From Armatimonadota bacterium (lineage in GTDB: Bacteria; Armatimonadota; HRBIN16): DNA of 64,000 bases. The stretch spans positions 4,406-68,405 of the forward strand of contig JBMFOT010000002.1 of the NCBI GenBank assembly GCA_049969495.1, read 5' to 3'. Each line of letters starts with the position of its first letter. The first letter of the stretch is position 1. The translations under genes were made by a program, and so were the position numbers. This document shows positions 8,609 through 17,833 of this stretch, piece by piece. Below the pieces are notes generated by a model that saw only the letters and a program-made list of their open reading frames with translations, was not told the origin of the DNA and made no database searches.

Positions 8609-11068
8609 CTACTCCCCAACCCGCCACTCCAGGATGCCTGCAGAGAACCCTGCTCTGAGCTCTGCCTCAATGCGAATAGCCGTCGTCACCACAGGCGTGA
8701 ACTCCACGCGGTTGAAGGCGTCCCTACGCATCTCGGCACTCTGCACGTTCTGCACAGGATGCCATTGCTGACCGTCAAACCAGAGCACCCGCCACCGCTC
8801 GGGAAGTCGGCACTGCCCTCCTGCCGGCTCGTCGTCGAACCAGTACACCTCGCACCACGAGAGGCGGCGCGGCTTCGCGAAGACGTACTGCACCCATTCT
8901 GTAGTACCGACGTGGTCCCACCAGGTGAAACGGGGGATACTCATGTCGGCGGAAGAGGAGGGAACACGCCCATCATTGAGCGCGAGCACTGTGTCCAGAT
9001 GCCAGCAGTGCGAGGCTTCAGCGTATACCGCATCGGTCTCCTGCCAGACCTTTGCGTCCGGTGCCTCGCTGATTTGAGGAAACGCCGACACCCTCAATCG
9101 GGCACATCCCATCGGAATCAGGGTGATTTGCTCTATCGGCTCGTCCGAGCGCACGGGCGAATCCTGCACCTCGCCAATAAGACCGTTCGCCTCCAGACGC
9201 CACTGCGGGATGCGCTTGCCTTTCGCCTTGAGCAAGACAGGTGCGTTGTCGGCAGTAAACGGCTGCTCGGCGACCTTGCCCGGCTTTTTGACCAGTTCAA
9301 AGGAGCTTTGCGGATTATTCACGTCGACCACTAATCCGTAGTTCCACGCGGTAGTGGGGAAGACCTCGTATGCCGGGAAACGGTCTGTGCCGCCATAGCG
9401 TGCCCACCGCTCACCGATCAGCAAGGAGAACGCCAGCGGTCCGCGATGCACCGAGATGGTATGGCGGTTCTTCTCCCATACCTTCAGGTACAGAGGCATC
9501 GGTAGGGTCAGCTTCACGTGGTCACCGTGACGCCATTCGCGCTGCAAGACAATCCAGCCCTTCGCAGGGGCGGGCACAGCTTGCCTGCGTCCGTTCACTT
9601 CCACCGCTGGCGTCGCGCACCAGCCCGGCACGCGCAATACCAGCGGGAATCGCACCGGTTTCGGGGTGCTGACCGCGAAGGAAATCTCTTCCCCAAAGGG
9701 ATAGTCTGTCTCTTCGCGGATTTCTACCGTCTCTCCGTTGCCCACCTTCGCCTTTACCCGACTGGGCGCATAGAGTACGGCTGCCAGTCCGTTGCCCGCC
9801 GTTGCCATCCACAGGTGCTCGGCAAAGTAGGGCCACCCATGCGAGACGTTGTGCTGGCAACAGCGGTAATCGTAAGGGTTGTAGGAGAGCATATCGCCGG
9901 CGTTCTGCAGCATCGGCGACTTGCTCTGACGGTCCAGCTGCACCATGTTGGGCGCGGTAAGGTAGTGTAGACCTTTCAGGTCAGGCGTCATCGAGGCGGG
10001 CAGCGAGTTGAACGCTACCTCTTCGCAGCGGTCTGCCCACTTCGTGTCGCCCGTGATGCGGGTGAGCAGCTCGTGGCTGTACATCATCTCCACCATCGAG
10101 CAGGTCTCTGCCGCCTGTCGGGGACCGGTGAAGCCGGGGCGAGCGTTCTCATCCGCGCCAAACATACCGCCCGGCACCTGTCCGTAGATGCCCATCACCG
10201 TGTCGTACACCCGCTCGGTGGCTTTCAGGTAGCGGATGTCTGCTGTTTGCTGGTAGTACTGTGCCGGTTCGCGGAAGCCCTGGCTGATGTTGACGCCGTG
10301 CCAGGTGGGGATGTTGCCTGTCCAGTCGGCAGTGCGTTCGTGTGTGACGCGCGCAGCATCCAGCAGCCACTTTTCGCCCGTCAGGTTGTACAGCCAGTGG
10401 ATGGAGTCCAGATTATCACCGCCGCGAAACTTCTGCCAGCTGCCCGGCAGGAACTTCTCCAGCGGTATGGTCATCTGCCAGCGGAAATATTTGAGCATAA
10501 AAGGGATGACCCGTTTATCGCCGGTAGCCTCGTAGTGGGTGCGCAGAGCGTAAAGGGCTATCATGTTGGGCCAGAGGTCCATCTCCTTCAGGTTGCTTTC
10601 AGGACCAAAGTAACCGTCCTCACGCTGGCTGGCAAGGATGGCGTCTATCCACCTCCTCGATTCGGCGATAATACGTTCCTCACCCAGTAGGTAACCCAGC
10701 GAGGTGAATCCCTTCAGCCAGTAGGGGAGCTCTTCCCAACCACGTTCGCCCTCGCCTTTCGGGTGCGCCCATGCACTACCTTCCCATCGGCACCAGGGGC
10801 TGATTTCGGTGAGGCGACCGGTGAAGCCCTCCGCCATCAGCTCCAGCTGGTGACGCAGCCAGCCCTCCGGGCGGATAGAGCCGGTAGGCAGCTTGATGAG
10901 CGGACTGGGCAGCAAAGGGGCACGGTTGCCCGCGTAATATCGGTTTGCAGGAGCGGTTGGAGGTGTTGCTACCACTTTCATTGTTGTTTCCCTCGTGTGA
11001 GAAATGGTTTGGGCGTATGTGAGTACAGCCTGGTGTGCGACTAACAACGTCAGAAGCCACGCTTTCAT
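8609..11068 (-). CDS. Secreted GH127/GH146-like (DUF1680) beta-L-arabinofuranosidase-like hydrolase with C-terminal discoidin-like domain
   Basis: Signal peptide MKAWLLTLLVAHQAVLTYAQ. An E-x-C motif (AAETCSMVEMM) and a CC pair (YDYRCCQHN) sit about 77 residues apart. This matches the Zn-binding Glu/Cys and Cys-Cys catalytic arrangement of GH127 HypBA1. The C-terminal ...GFSAGILEWRVGE resembles an F5/8 type C domain. Confidence 0.65.
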   Translation of the reverse strand: MKAWLLTLLVAHQAVLTYAQTISHTRETTMKVVATPPTAPANRYYAGNRAPLLPSPLIKLPTGSIRPEGWLRHQLELMAEGFTGRLTEISPWCRWEGSAWAHPKGEGERGWEELPYWLKGFTSLGYLLGEERIIAESRRWIDAILASQREDGYFGPESNLKEMDLWPNMIALYALRTHYEATGDKRVIPFMLKYFRWQMTIPLEKFLPGSWQKFRGGDNLDSIHWLYNLTGEKWLLDAARVTHERTADWTGNIPTWHGVNISQGFREPAQYYQQTADIRYLKATERVYDTVMGIYGQVPGGMFGADENARPGFTGPRQAAETCSMVEMMYSHELLTRITGDTKWADRCEEVAFNSLPASMTPDLKGLHYLTAPNMVQLDRQSKSPMLQNAGDMLSYNPYDYRCCQHNVSHGWPYFAEHLWMATAGNGLAAVLYAPSRVKAKVGNGETVEIREETDYPFGEEISFAVSTPKPVRFPLVLRVPGWCATPAVEVNGRRQAVPAPAKGWIVLQREWRHGDHVKLTLPMPLYLKVWEKNRHTISVHRGPLAFSLLIGERWARYGGTDRFPAYEVFPTTAWNYGLVVDVNNPQSSFELVKKPGKVAEQPFTADNAPVLLKAKGKRIPQWRLEANGLIGEVQDSPVRSDEPIEQITLIPMGCARLRVSAFPQISEAPDAKVWQETDAVYAEASHCWHLDTVLALNDGRVPSSSADMSIPRFTWWDHVGTTEWVQYVFAKPRRLSWCEVYWFDDEPAGGQCRLPERWRVLWFDGQQWHPVQNVQSAEMRRDAFNRVEFTPVVTTAIRIEAELRAGFSAGILEWRVGE

Positions 11069-11110
11069 TGTATCCCTCCAATCCTAAGGCGATTTTGCGT
11101 CTTCACCATG

Positions 11111-11184
11111 TTTGTTATGCTGAGCGTCAGCGAAGCATCTCAGAGTGGCGGTAATACGAGATTCTTCGCTTTGCTCAGAACGAC
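11111..11184. repeat. Inverted pair of a 27-nt interspersed repeat unit (family A; GTCATTCTGAGCGnAGCGAAGAATCTC-like), forming a long imperfect hairpin
   Basis: The left arm is TGCTGAGCGTCAGCGAAGCATCTC. The right arm is GAGATTCTTCGCTTTGCTCAGAAC (reverse complement GTTCTGAGCAAAGCGAAGAATCTC), with a 16-nt loop. The same unit recurs at about 24782, 55392, 55432 and, weakly, 62501. Confidence 0.5.
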
Positions 11185-11338
11185 AGCAAAGCAGAACCAC
11201 TCCGCCCATATCCAAATAATCAAGATGGACGAACCACGGGCGTGCCGACATCGTAAAGTTTCGAGGCAACACGGGAGAATGCCTGCAGGATCGAGGCGAC
11301 GGCAAACCTGCCGATGAGTCGAAAACCGTTGCATCATC

Positions 11339-11366
11339 ACGGCTCGGCAGGAGCTTCGCTCGTTGC
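11339..11366. repeat. Family B short repeat copy (CGGCTCGGCAGGAGCtTCGC..., partial)
   Basis: It shares the core CGGCTCGGCAGGAGC with the copies at 26900 and 62422. It lies immediately upstream of the 11363(+) gene. Confidence 0.4.
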
Positions 11367-13507
11367 CGGTGAACCCCAAAAACATGAAGAAGAGACGCGC
11401 GGACAAAAAGCCTGTCGAACCTCCGCAACCCCTGCGACGGGAGTTCAGTCTCTCCACATGGCTGTTGAGCGCGGCAGTGGTACTCGCGCCGCTGACTGCC
11501 GGTCGGCTGGAGGTGGGCAGCGAGCCAGTAGAACCCTCCCTGCGCGGGGTAGTAACCGCCCTGTTTACCACCGGAGCGCTGTTGCCGCTCGCCATCTGGT
11601 GGATTACCCTGCTTGCGCTCGCTGCCGCCATCTGGGAATGGAAACAGTGTCCCGCTGGCGATGACGCGGTTCCGCGTGCTGCGCGCGTGCTGGCGACTCT
11701 GTTCGTGCTGTGGATGCTGGCATCGGTAGCGGTTTCGGTGTATCGTTGGGGTACGGTGGTCGCATGGAGCCACTGGGCGGTAGTCATCGCCACGGCGTGG
11801 CTCTTCTCGCGGAGGCGTGGAGAACAGGCGTTGACGGTTGCCCTTGCGCTGGCGTTAGCGGGCACTCTTGCTGCCGCCTTCGCCATGCGTGAGTACGCGG
11901 AGAACGCGCGCATCGTGCCGAACTGGCGCGTGTTCGGCACTTTCTTGAACCCCAATTTCCTGGCGGGCTACCTCTGCCTCACCATGCCCGTCACGTTGGG
12001 TTTGGCTCTCGCTCCCTGCCCCACGCAAACCTTGTCTTCTCCCAAAGGGGGAGGGGAACTGCGCTGGCTGTTGGGCTTCGGCGCATGGATGCAGATGGCG
12101 GCGATACTGCTCACGGGCTCGCGATTCGGTACGGCGAGCGCAGTGCTGGCTCTGATGGTACTGGCGGGATGGATGGCGTTCAACCGATCATGGAACCGCC
12201 AGCGTGCGCTGGTGTTCGGTATCGTCTGCCTGCTGGTGCTTGGCACAGCGTTCTTTACTGCCCGCTCGCTCGCCTCGCGTGTGACGACTCAGGCGGTGCA
12301 GGAAGGCGAACACTCAGGCGGATTTCGTGTGTGGACGTGGCGAGGCACGTTGCGTATGGCGCGGGCGCATCCTCTGCTGGGCACAGGGTTGGGAACCTAT
12401 GAGATAGCCTACCCGCGCTACGCCTTCGTGGGATTCACCCGAATGGCGCACAACTCCTATCTGCAGATTGCCGCCGAAGCGGGGTCGCCTGCGCTGATTC
12501 TGCTACTGGGCACGCTCGGCGTGCTGGCATGGACGGTATTGCGCACCGAGGTGCGCAATATGAATGGGATAATCGTGGGAAAATGGGATGCTCGCGTGCT
12601 CCGCGCGGGGCTGGCAGCAGCCATCGCCGCCGGGCTCGCACGCAACCTGATAGACTCCGACTGGTACATCTTTGCCTGCCTGTTCACCTTCTGGGCGATA
12701 GTGGGACTGATGCTCTCTGTCATCCCTCTCCCCTCAGGAGAGAGGCGGAAGGCAAGCGTCAACCGTCTCTATCTTGCCCACACCACCCTGCTGGCTGTTG
12801 CCTGGGTTGTGCTGACCTTGCGCATGGGGGGCGCGCTCAGCGCAAACAGCGCAAGCTGGAACCTGTCTCAGGGAATCCCCGACGAAGAGGGCTATCGGCA
12901 TGCACTGCGCTGGGAACCTTTCAACGGCGACCACTACCTCAGTTTGGGCATGCTCTCTATGAGCATGGCGCGTGCAGGTGACCTCTCGCGTGCAGAGGAC
13001 GCCCAAAAGTGGCTACGCCGCGCGGCAGAGCTGACGCCGCTCTCCAAAACGTGGTATCATCTGGGCAACCTGTATCGGGACATGCTGGGCGACCGCGACA
13101 GAGCCGTCGAAGCCTATCGCCATGCGCTGGAACTGGACCCGCACGCGCTGCGCGTCATGGCGGAGCTGGGCAAAACGCTGGAGCAACAGGGTAAACTGCA
13201 AGATGCGGAGAGGGTGTACCGGCGAATGCTGGAGATGGAATCGAGCGTATATAATCAGGTGCGTGCGGTGCCCGAGCTGCCCGAGGTGGACTACGCCTTC
13301 GCCTACGCCGGTCTGGCGCGGATCGCGAGGCAACAGGGCAAGCCGGGGAGCGAGGTGCGTGAGATGTACTCTCGCGCCCTGCGGATTCTGGACACCGACC
13401 GCGCTGCCCGAGAGAACAAGGTGATGTTATGGTCGCTGGTGCGTGCCCCGGAACGACAGCGCGCCCTGGATGAGTTACGGCAGGAGTGTGAACGCGCCCT
13501 GCGGTGA
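11363..13507 (+). CDS. Polytopic membrane protein with O-antigen ligase (Wzy_C)-like domain and C-terminal TPR repeats
   Basis: The RMAHNSYLQIAAEAGSPALILLLG motif is characteristic of Wzy_C. There are multiple TM helices and C-terminal TPR-like repeats (AVEAYRHALELDPHALRV...). The start is uncertain: TTG at 11363 per the ORF track, with an in-frame ATG 21 nt downstream. Confidence 0.6.
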   Translation: MPVNPKNMKKRRADKKPVEPPQPLRREFSLSTWLLSAAVVLAPLTAGRLEVGSEPVEPSLRGVVTALFTTGALLPLAIWWITLLALAAAIWEWKQCPAGDDAVPRAARVLATLFVLWMLASVAVSVYRWGTVVAWSHWAVVIATAWLFSRRRGEQALTVALALALAGTLAAAFAMREYAENARIVPNWRVFGTFLNPNFLAGYLCLTMPVTLGLALAPCPTQTLSSPKGGGELRWLLGFGAWMQMAAILLTGSRFGTASAVLALMVLAGWMAFNRSWNRQRALVFGIVCLLVLGTAFFTARSLASRVTTQAVQEGEHSGGFRVWTWRGTLRMARAHPLLGTGLGTYEIAYPRYAFVGFTRMAHNSYLQIAAEAGSPALILLLGTLGVLAWTVLRTEVRNMNGIIVGKWDARVLRAGLAAAIAAGLARNLIDSDWYIFACLFTFWAIVGLMLSVIPLPSGERRKASVNRLYLAHTTLLAVAWVVLTLRMGGALSANSASWNLSQGIPDEEGYRHALRWEPFNGDHYLSLGMLSMSMARAGDLSRAEDAQKWLRRAAELTPLSKTWYHLGNLYRDMLGDRDRAVEAYRHALELDPHALRVMAELGKTLEQQGKLQDAERVYRRMLEMESSVYNQVRAVPELPEVDYAFAYAGLARIARQQGKPGSEVREMYSRALRILDTDRAARENKVMLWSLVRAPERQRALDELRQECERALR

Positions 13508-13513
13508 GCGGAT

Positions 13514-16366
13514 ATGCCTGTAGAGTTCGCACGCCCGTGGATGTTGCTCTTGCTGGCGATGTTGCCCGCTTTCTGGTGGGTACACCGGCACAGCCTTGCC
13601 GCTCTGCCCCGCTGGCAGAAGCAGGCTTCGCTGTGGCTGCGTTTGCTGCTGGTGACGCTGGTGGTGTTCGCCCTGGCGGGAATCCGCTGGGTACGCACCA
13701 CCACCGCGCAGGCGGTGTTCTTCGTGGTAGATGGCAGCGCGAGCGTGGAGCCGCAGCAACGCGAAACCGCTCTGCAGTTCATCCAGGAGGCAGTGCGCCA
13801 TATCCGCGAGGACGACATGGCGGGCGTCATCATCTTCGGTAGCGACCCGCAGGTGGTCACTCCGCTGAGCTCGCGCCCCGACCTCAGCCGAATACCTGCC
13901 AGCAACTCGCCGGAAATGACCGACATTGGGCGTGCCATCAGCCTCGCGCTTGCCACCTTCCCCGAAAACGCAGGCAAGCAGATTGTGCTCTTCTCCGACG
14001 GCAACGCCAACGCGGGTGACACGGTGGCGCAGGCGTTGCAGGCAGCGAGCCGCGGCGTGAAGATACATGTAGTTCCCTTCCCGCGAGAGGTGCGCACCGA
14101 GGCGCTGGTGGAACGGGTACAGGCTCCCACGCTGGTTAAAGAGGGCGAGCCGTTCGACCTGCGCTTATGGATACAGTCCACCCACGCACAATCGGCGGAG
14201 ATGACCCTGCTGCGAGACGGACAGCCCGTCAAGACGCAGGCGGTAGCGCTCAAGCCGGGCAAGAATCTGGTGCGTCTGACACACCGCGAGGATGTTGCAG
14301 GGCAGTACCGCTACCAGGTGTCGCTGCTGGCTTCCGTCGATACCTATCCCCAGAACAACCGCGGCGCAGGCTATGTGCGCGTGCAGGGCACTCCCCGCGT
14401 GCTGTACGTCACCGGTAGCGGAAAGCCCACGCCGTTGTCCACCGCCGCACAGTCACAGCGCATCCGCGTGGAGGTGGTCAATCCGCAGGGCATGAAAACA
14501 CAGCCGGCGCAGTTGCAGGCGTACGATGCGGTGATTCTGCACAACGTGCCTGCCTACGAACTGGGCATCCCCGCCATGCGAGCCCTGCAAACCGCCACGC
14601 GCGAGCTGGGTGTGGGGCTGGGTATGGTGGGTGGCGAGGACAGCTTTGGTGCAGGCGGCTACTTTGAAACGCCTGTGGAGGAGACCCTGCCCGTGTCGAT
14701 GGACGTGCGCAAGTACCACTCGTTCCCCAGCGTGGGCATCGTGCTGGTGGTGGACGATTCGGGCAGTATGGCGATGCCGGAAGGCGGAACCACCAAAATG
14801 GAGCTGGCAAACCGCGCCGCGGCGACGGTGGTGCGCTTTCTGACAGCGCAGGACGAGGTAGGCGTTATCGCCGCCGGCTCCGACTGCCGCGCGGTGGTGC
14901 CGATGTGGCGTGTGGGCGAGAAGAAGGAGCAGATTCTGCGTGCCATTGCCGCCTTTCAGCCCGGTGGAGGGGGCATCTACGTGCGCCCGGGCATGGAAGC
15001 GGGGGCGAAGCTGCTGCAGGTGAGCCGGGCTAAACTGAAGCACATGATTGTGCTGGCGGACGGCGACGACTGCGATGACCAGGAAGGTGCCATACCGCTG
15101 GCAGCCAAGCTGCGTCAGGCGGGAATCACCGTCACCGTCGTCTGCTTCGGGCACGGCAAGGACGAAGCGTTCCTGCAGCAGCTGGCGAAGGCTGGGGGCG
15201 GACGCTACTACTTCACCGACCGCATGGCGAACCTGCCCCAGATTTTCACCAAAGAGGCGATGATAGCCAGCAAAGCGCAGTATATCGAGGAGCCGTTCTT
15301 CGTGCGCTATACCGGCGATGAAATCGTTTCGGGCTTGGATTGGGAGAGCTCTCCCCCCTTGCTGGGCTACAACACCACCACCGCCAAGCCGGGGGCGCAG
15401 GTAGGCTTGCTCTCCCATAAAGACGACCCCATCTTCGCGGTGTGGCAGTACGGGGTGGGGCGCAGTATGGCGTTCACCTCGGACGGACGGGCGAAGTGGT
15501 GCGCGCAGTGGGTGAAATGGGCAGGGTTTCCCGCTTTCGCCGCGCGCACCATGCGCACCATCCTGCGCAGCCTGCCCGCCGAAGACCTGCGCACGCAGGT
15601 AAGCATCTCGGGCGGTAAAGGATACGTGAGCGTAGACCTCCTGCGCCAGCCTGCGACCGCAAACGCCAGCGCGCTTTCGCCAGCTGCCAAACTGCTCCTC
15701 CCAACCGGCCAGGTGGTTCCACTGGTGCTCTCGCAGACGGGAGCCACCCGCTACGAAGCCGCGTTTGACGCGCGGGGCTACGGAACCTACGTGGTTGCCG
15801 TGCAGTATCGCCACCCCAACGGCACAATAGCGCTCAGCACCGGCACAGACACCGTAGCCTACTCACCCGAATACCGTGACTTGAAGAGCAACAGAGCACT
15901 TCTGGAACAGGTTGCGCGTCTCACCGGCGGGAAGCAACAGCCGTCGCCGCAGGACATCTTTGGCGCTCAGCGTGCCCCGGTGCGGGTGCCGTCGGAAGCG
16001 AGCATCCCCCTGCTGTTTGTGGTGCTGTTCTTGTTGCCGGTGGACGTTGCGCTGAGGCGCATCGTGTGGCAGATGGAAGCACTTCCCGAGTGGCAACAAA
16101 CATGGGCTCGTGTGTTGGCGCGTCTCCATTTGAGGCACAGGGTGACTTCTACTGCTCCCGCAACTTCACGGCTTCTGCAGCGCAAAGAGCGTCTGCGCGA
16201 GAAGTATGCCCCCACCGGAACAACCCCGCCATCATCGCCATCCGAGGAGCCGGCGGTGTCCACAGAGCCGACATCCGCTCGCCCTGCCGCTCCACAACCT
16301 TCCACCTCTGGCGAACAAATCGGCAGGTTGCTGGATGCAAAGAAGCGGGCGCACAAGAGAGAATAA
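13514..16366 (+). CDS. BatA-like membrane protein with two von Willebrand factor A domains and Pro-rich C-terminus (950 aa)
   Basis: The N-terminal TM pair plus VFFVVDGSASV (VWA MIDAS motif) is BatA-like. A second VWA domain (IVLVVDDSGSM) follows. There is a C-terminal TM segment (IPLLFVVLFLLPV) and a Pro/Ser-rich tail. Confidence 0.6.
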   Translation: MPVEFARPWMLLLLAMLPAFWWVHRHSLAALPRWQKQASLWLRLLLVTLVVFALAGIRWVRTTTAQAVFFVVDGSASVEPQQRETALQFIQEAVRHIREDDMAGVIIFGSDPQVVTPLSSRPDLSRIPASNSPEMTDIGRAISLALATFPENAGKQIVLFSDGNANAGDTVAQALQAASRGVKIHVVPFPREVRTEALVERVQAPTLVKEGEPFDLRLWIQSTHAQSAEMTLLRDGQPVKTQAVALKPGKNLVRLTHREDVAGQYRYQVSLLASVDTYPQNNRGAGYVRVQGTPRVLYVTGSGKPTPLSTAAQSQRIRVEVVNPQGMKTQPAQLQAYDAVILHNVPAYELGIPAMRALQTATRELGVGLGMVGGEDSFGAGGYFETPVEETLPVSMDVRKYHSFPSVGIVLVVDDSGSMAMPEGGTTKMELANRAAATVVRFLTAQDEVGVIAAGSDCRAVVPMWRVGEKKEQILRAIAAFQPGGGGIYVRPGMEAGAKLLQVSRAKLKHMIVLADGDDCDDQEGAIPLAAKLRQAGITVTVVCFGHGKDEAFLQQLAKAGGGRYYFTDRMANLPQIFTKEAMIASKAQYIEEPFFVRYTGDEIVSGLDWESSPPLLGYNTTTAKPGAQVGLLSHKDDPIFAVWQYGVGRSMAFTSDGRAKWCAQWVKWAGFPAFAARTMRTILRSLPAEDLRTQVSISGGKGYVSVDLLRQPATANASALSPAAKLLLPTGQVVPLVLSQTGATRYEAAFDARGYGTYVVAVQYRHPNGTIALSTGTDTVAYSPEYRDLKSNRALLEQVARLTGGKQQPSPQDIFGAQRAPVRVPSEASIPLLFVVLFLLPVDVALRRIVWQMEALPEWQQTWARVLARLHLRHRVTSTAPATSRLLQRKERLREKYAPTGTTPPSSPSEEPAVSTEPTSARPAAPQPSTSGEQIGRLLDAKKRAHKRE

Positions 16367-16372
16367 TAAAAA

Positions 16373-16403
16373 CCCCTCTCCCCGCAGTGCGGGAGAGGGG
16401 ACA
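16373..16403 (-). terminator. Rho-independent terminator for the 16416..17363 gene (bidirectional position)
   Basis: A 12-bp stem CCCCTCTCCCGC/GCGGGAGAGGGG with a 3-nt loop. On the minus strand it is followed by TTTTTATTATT. Confidence 0.65.
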
Positions 16404-16415
16404 CACGGTGAAGCA

Positions 16416-17363
16416 CTACCTGTATTCGCCTGCTACGAGCAGCTGGGCAACGTTACGGCACGTATCGGGGTCAGGCTGACGGCAGTTGTAGATGTTGTTG
16501 TCGTAGCCGTCGAACGGGAAGGTGCGCTCGCCAGGACGGCGGAAGCAGGTCCACTTCCAGAGATTGTTGGCGATGGCGCCCTGAATGCGTGTCCACTTCA
16601 CGTGCCCATCCGCAAACACGAAATGGACGCCCTTCAGGTGATTGACCAACCAGCCATACTGGCGTACTTTGCCATCCAGGCAGGGCGAGCCTGGAGCAGG
16701 CACATCTCCGCCAAATGGGTCACCTGGTGGGTTGCACCAGCAGCGTGCCAGAGCCCACGGACCGGTGTCCGGCTCGTAGTTCTTGCCGTCCTGCATCCAG
16801 ATGGTCTCCGCGGGCACATCGAGGTCAGCCAGCTTTCTGGGAGGATCCGCGTAGCCGGATTGATAGGCAGCAAGGTTGAAAACGGCGCCGTTGACCGTGT
16901 AACCACGCGGGAACCACAGATTTTGACTGCGAGGAACGTCGCACAGCGGATCACTGCGCAGCCAAGGCGAGCTCGGATGGCAGTGTGCCCAAGTCTCATC
17001 CATTGGTGAACCACGCCACGCATTGACGTTGTCGCCCAGCATCCGGGAGATTTGCGCCTTCGCATTGGGGCACTCATAGACCGGGAGGTTCTTGACGTAC
17101 GGAAAGATGCCGTACTTCCAGTTCGACCACGTCGCCCCGCCGTTACCGATGAACCGATTGTAGGGGAATGTCTCGTCGTAGTCCTGCACATACATCATCA
17201 CTCCCGTGCCCACCTGTTTGAGGTTGCTTAGGCAGGATGCTTGTCGCGCCTTCTCGCGCGCTTGGGCGAACACAGGGAACAGGATCGCCGCCAGTATCGC
17301 GATAATCGCGATGACCACCAGCAGCTCAATGAGCGTAAAGCCGCGCTTCATGACTGTACGCAC
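16416..17363 (-). CDS. DUF1559 protein with prepilin-type N-terminal cleavage/methylation domain (pseudopilin-like)
   Basis: The N-terminus [46 protein letters not shown] is the class III signal/pilin motif. The C-terminal [10 protein letters not shown] fits the DUF1559 H-X9-DG region. Confidence 0.8.
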   Translation of the reverse strand: MRTVMKRGFTLIELLVVIAIIAILAAILFPVFAQAREKARQASCLSNLKQVGTGVMMYVQDYDETFPYNRFIGNGGATWSNWKYGIFPYVKNLPVYECPNAKAQISRMLGDNVNAWRGSPMDETWAHCHPSSPWLRSDPLCDVPRSQNLWFPRGYTVNGAVFNLAAYQSGYADPPRKLADLDVPAETIWMQDGKNYEPDTGPWALARCWCNPPGDPFGGDVPAPGSPCLDGKVRQYGWLVNHLKGVHFVFADGHVKWTRIQGAIANNLWKWTCFRRPGERTFPFDGYDNNIYNCRQPDPDTCRNVAQLLVAGEYR

Positions 17364-17491
17364 CTCCCATCGGTGATTTTGCCCGGTAAGTTAAGGGCAT
17401 AACTTGTTTTTATTATAGAAAAATCCTTGAACGCTTGTCAATGCTTTCCGCTGGGTTGAGCTCAAAAATCGTCGAAAAATAGGTATTTCTC

Positions 17492-17818
17492 TCATAGCAC
17501 AGAAGGGAAGTTCACTGTACCAGTCATAGCACATACCCGTGAATAGGCTGGCTGACGATACCGGTATGAACAAGGGACAGACAGACGCCGCTTCCTTCCT
17601 CAGAAAGCCAGCGATGGGAATGGTGAGTTACTCTTGGATATAGTGACTATTATCAGATTTTTGTTGTCTCTACATGGTATCAAAAGAGGATCTTGCTTTT
17701 TGCTTTCCATTTTCACCGATTTTTCCCAAAACCCCGCACAAAAGGGGAAAAACCCCTTGACAAACGGCTTAACATCGTGTAGAGTATAAGCAATGGGATT
17801 ATCATAGCAGTCATAGCA
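17492..17818. promoter_or_regulatory. Four copies of the motif TCATAGCA in the divergent promoter region (candidate operator sites), plus a sigma70-like promoter TTGACA-17-TAGAGT at about 17757..17785
   Basis: CTCATAGCAC is at about 17491 and GTCATAGCAC at about 17523, near the minus-strand DUF1559 gene start. A tandem ATCATAGCAGTCATAGCAA is at 17802-17818, between the predicted TSS and the regulator's GTG start. Confidence 0.4.
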
Positions 17819-17833
17819 AAGGACTGAGAGAAA

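Noticed and set aside
7612-8670. Long Ala-rich (352 aa, minus), Pro-rich (8199..8423, minus) and Ala-rich (7988..8485, plus) ORFs overlapping the Gly-rich gene
   Set aside because: These are mirror or alternate-frame translations of the GGC/GGT-rich tandem repeat. They lack RBS and signal-peptide context. The plus-frame Gly-rich ORF has a consensus Shine-Dalgarno, a signal peptide, a recognisable N-domain and a terminator.
14453-15814. Large antisense ORFs inside confident genes (e.g. 14453..15814-, 42551..43912-, 50902..52107-, 29903..30787-, 38263..39159-)
   Set aside because: They are typical high-GC antisense open frames with Arg/Ala/Gly/His-rich composition and no RBS. They lie opposite genes with strong motif support.
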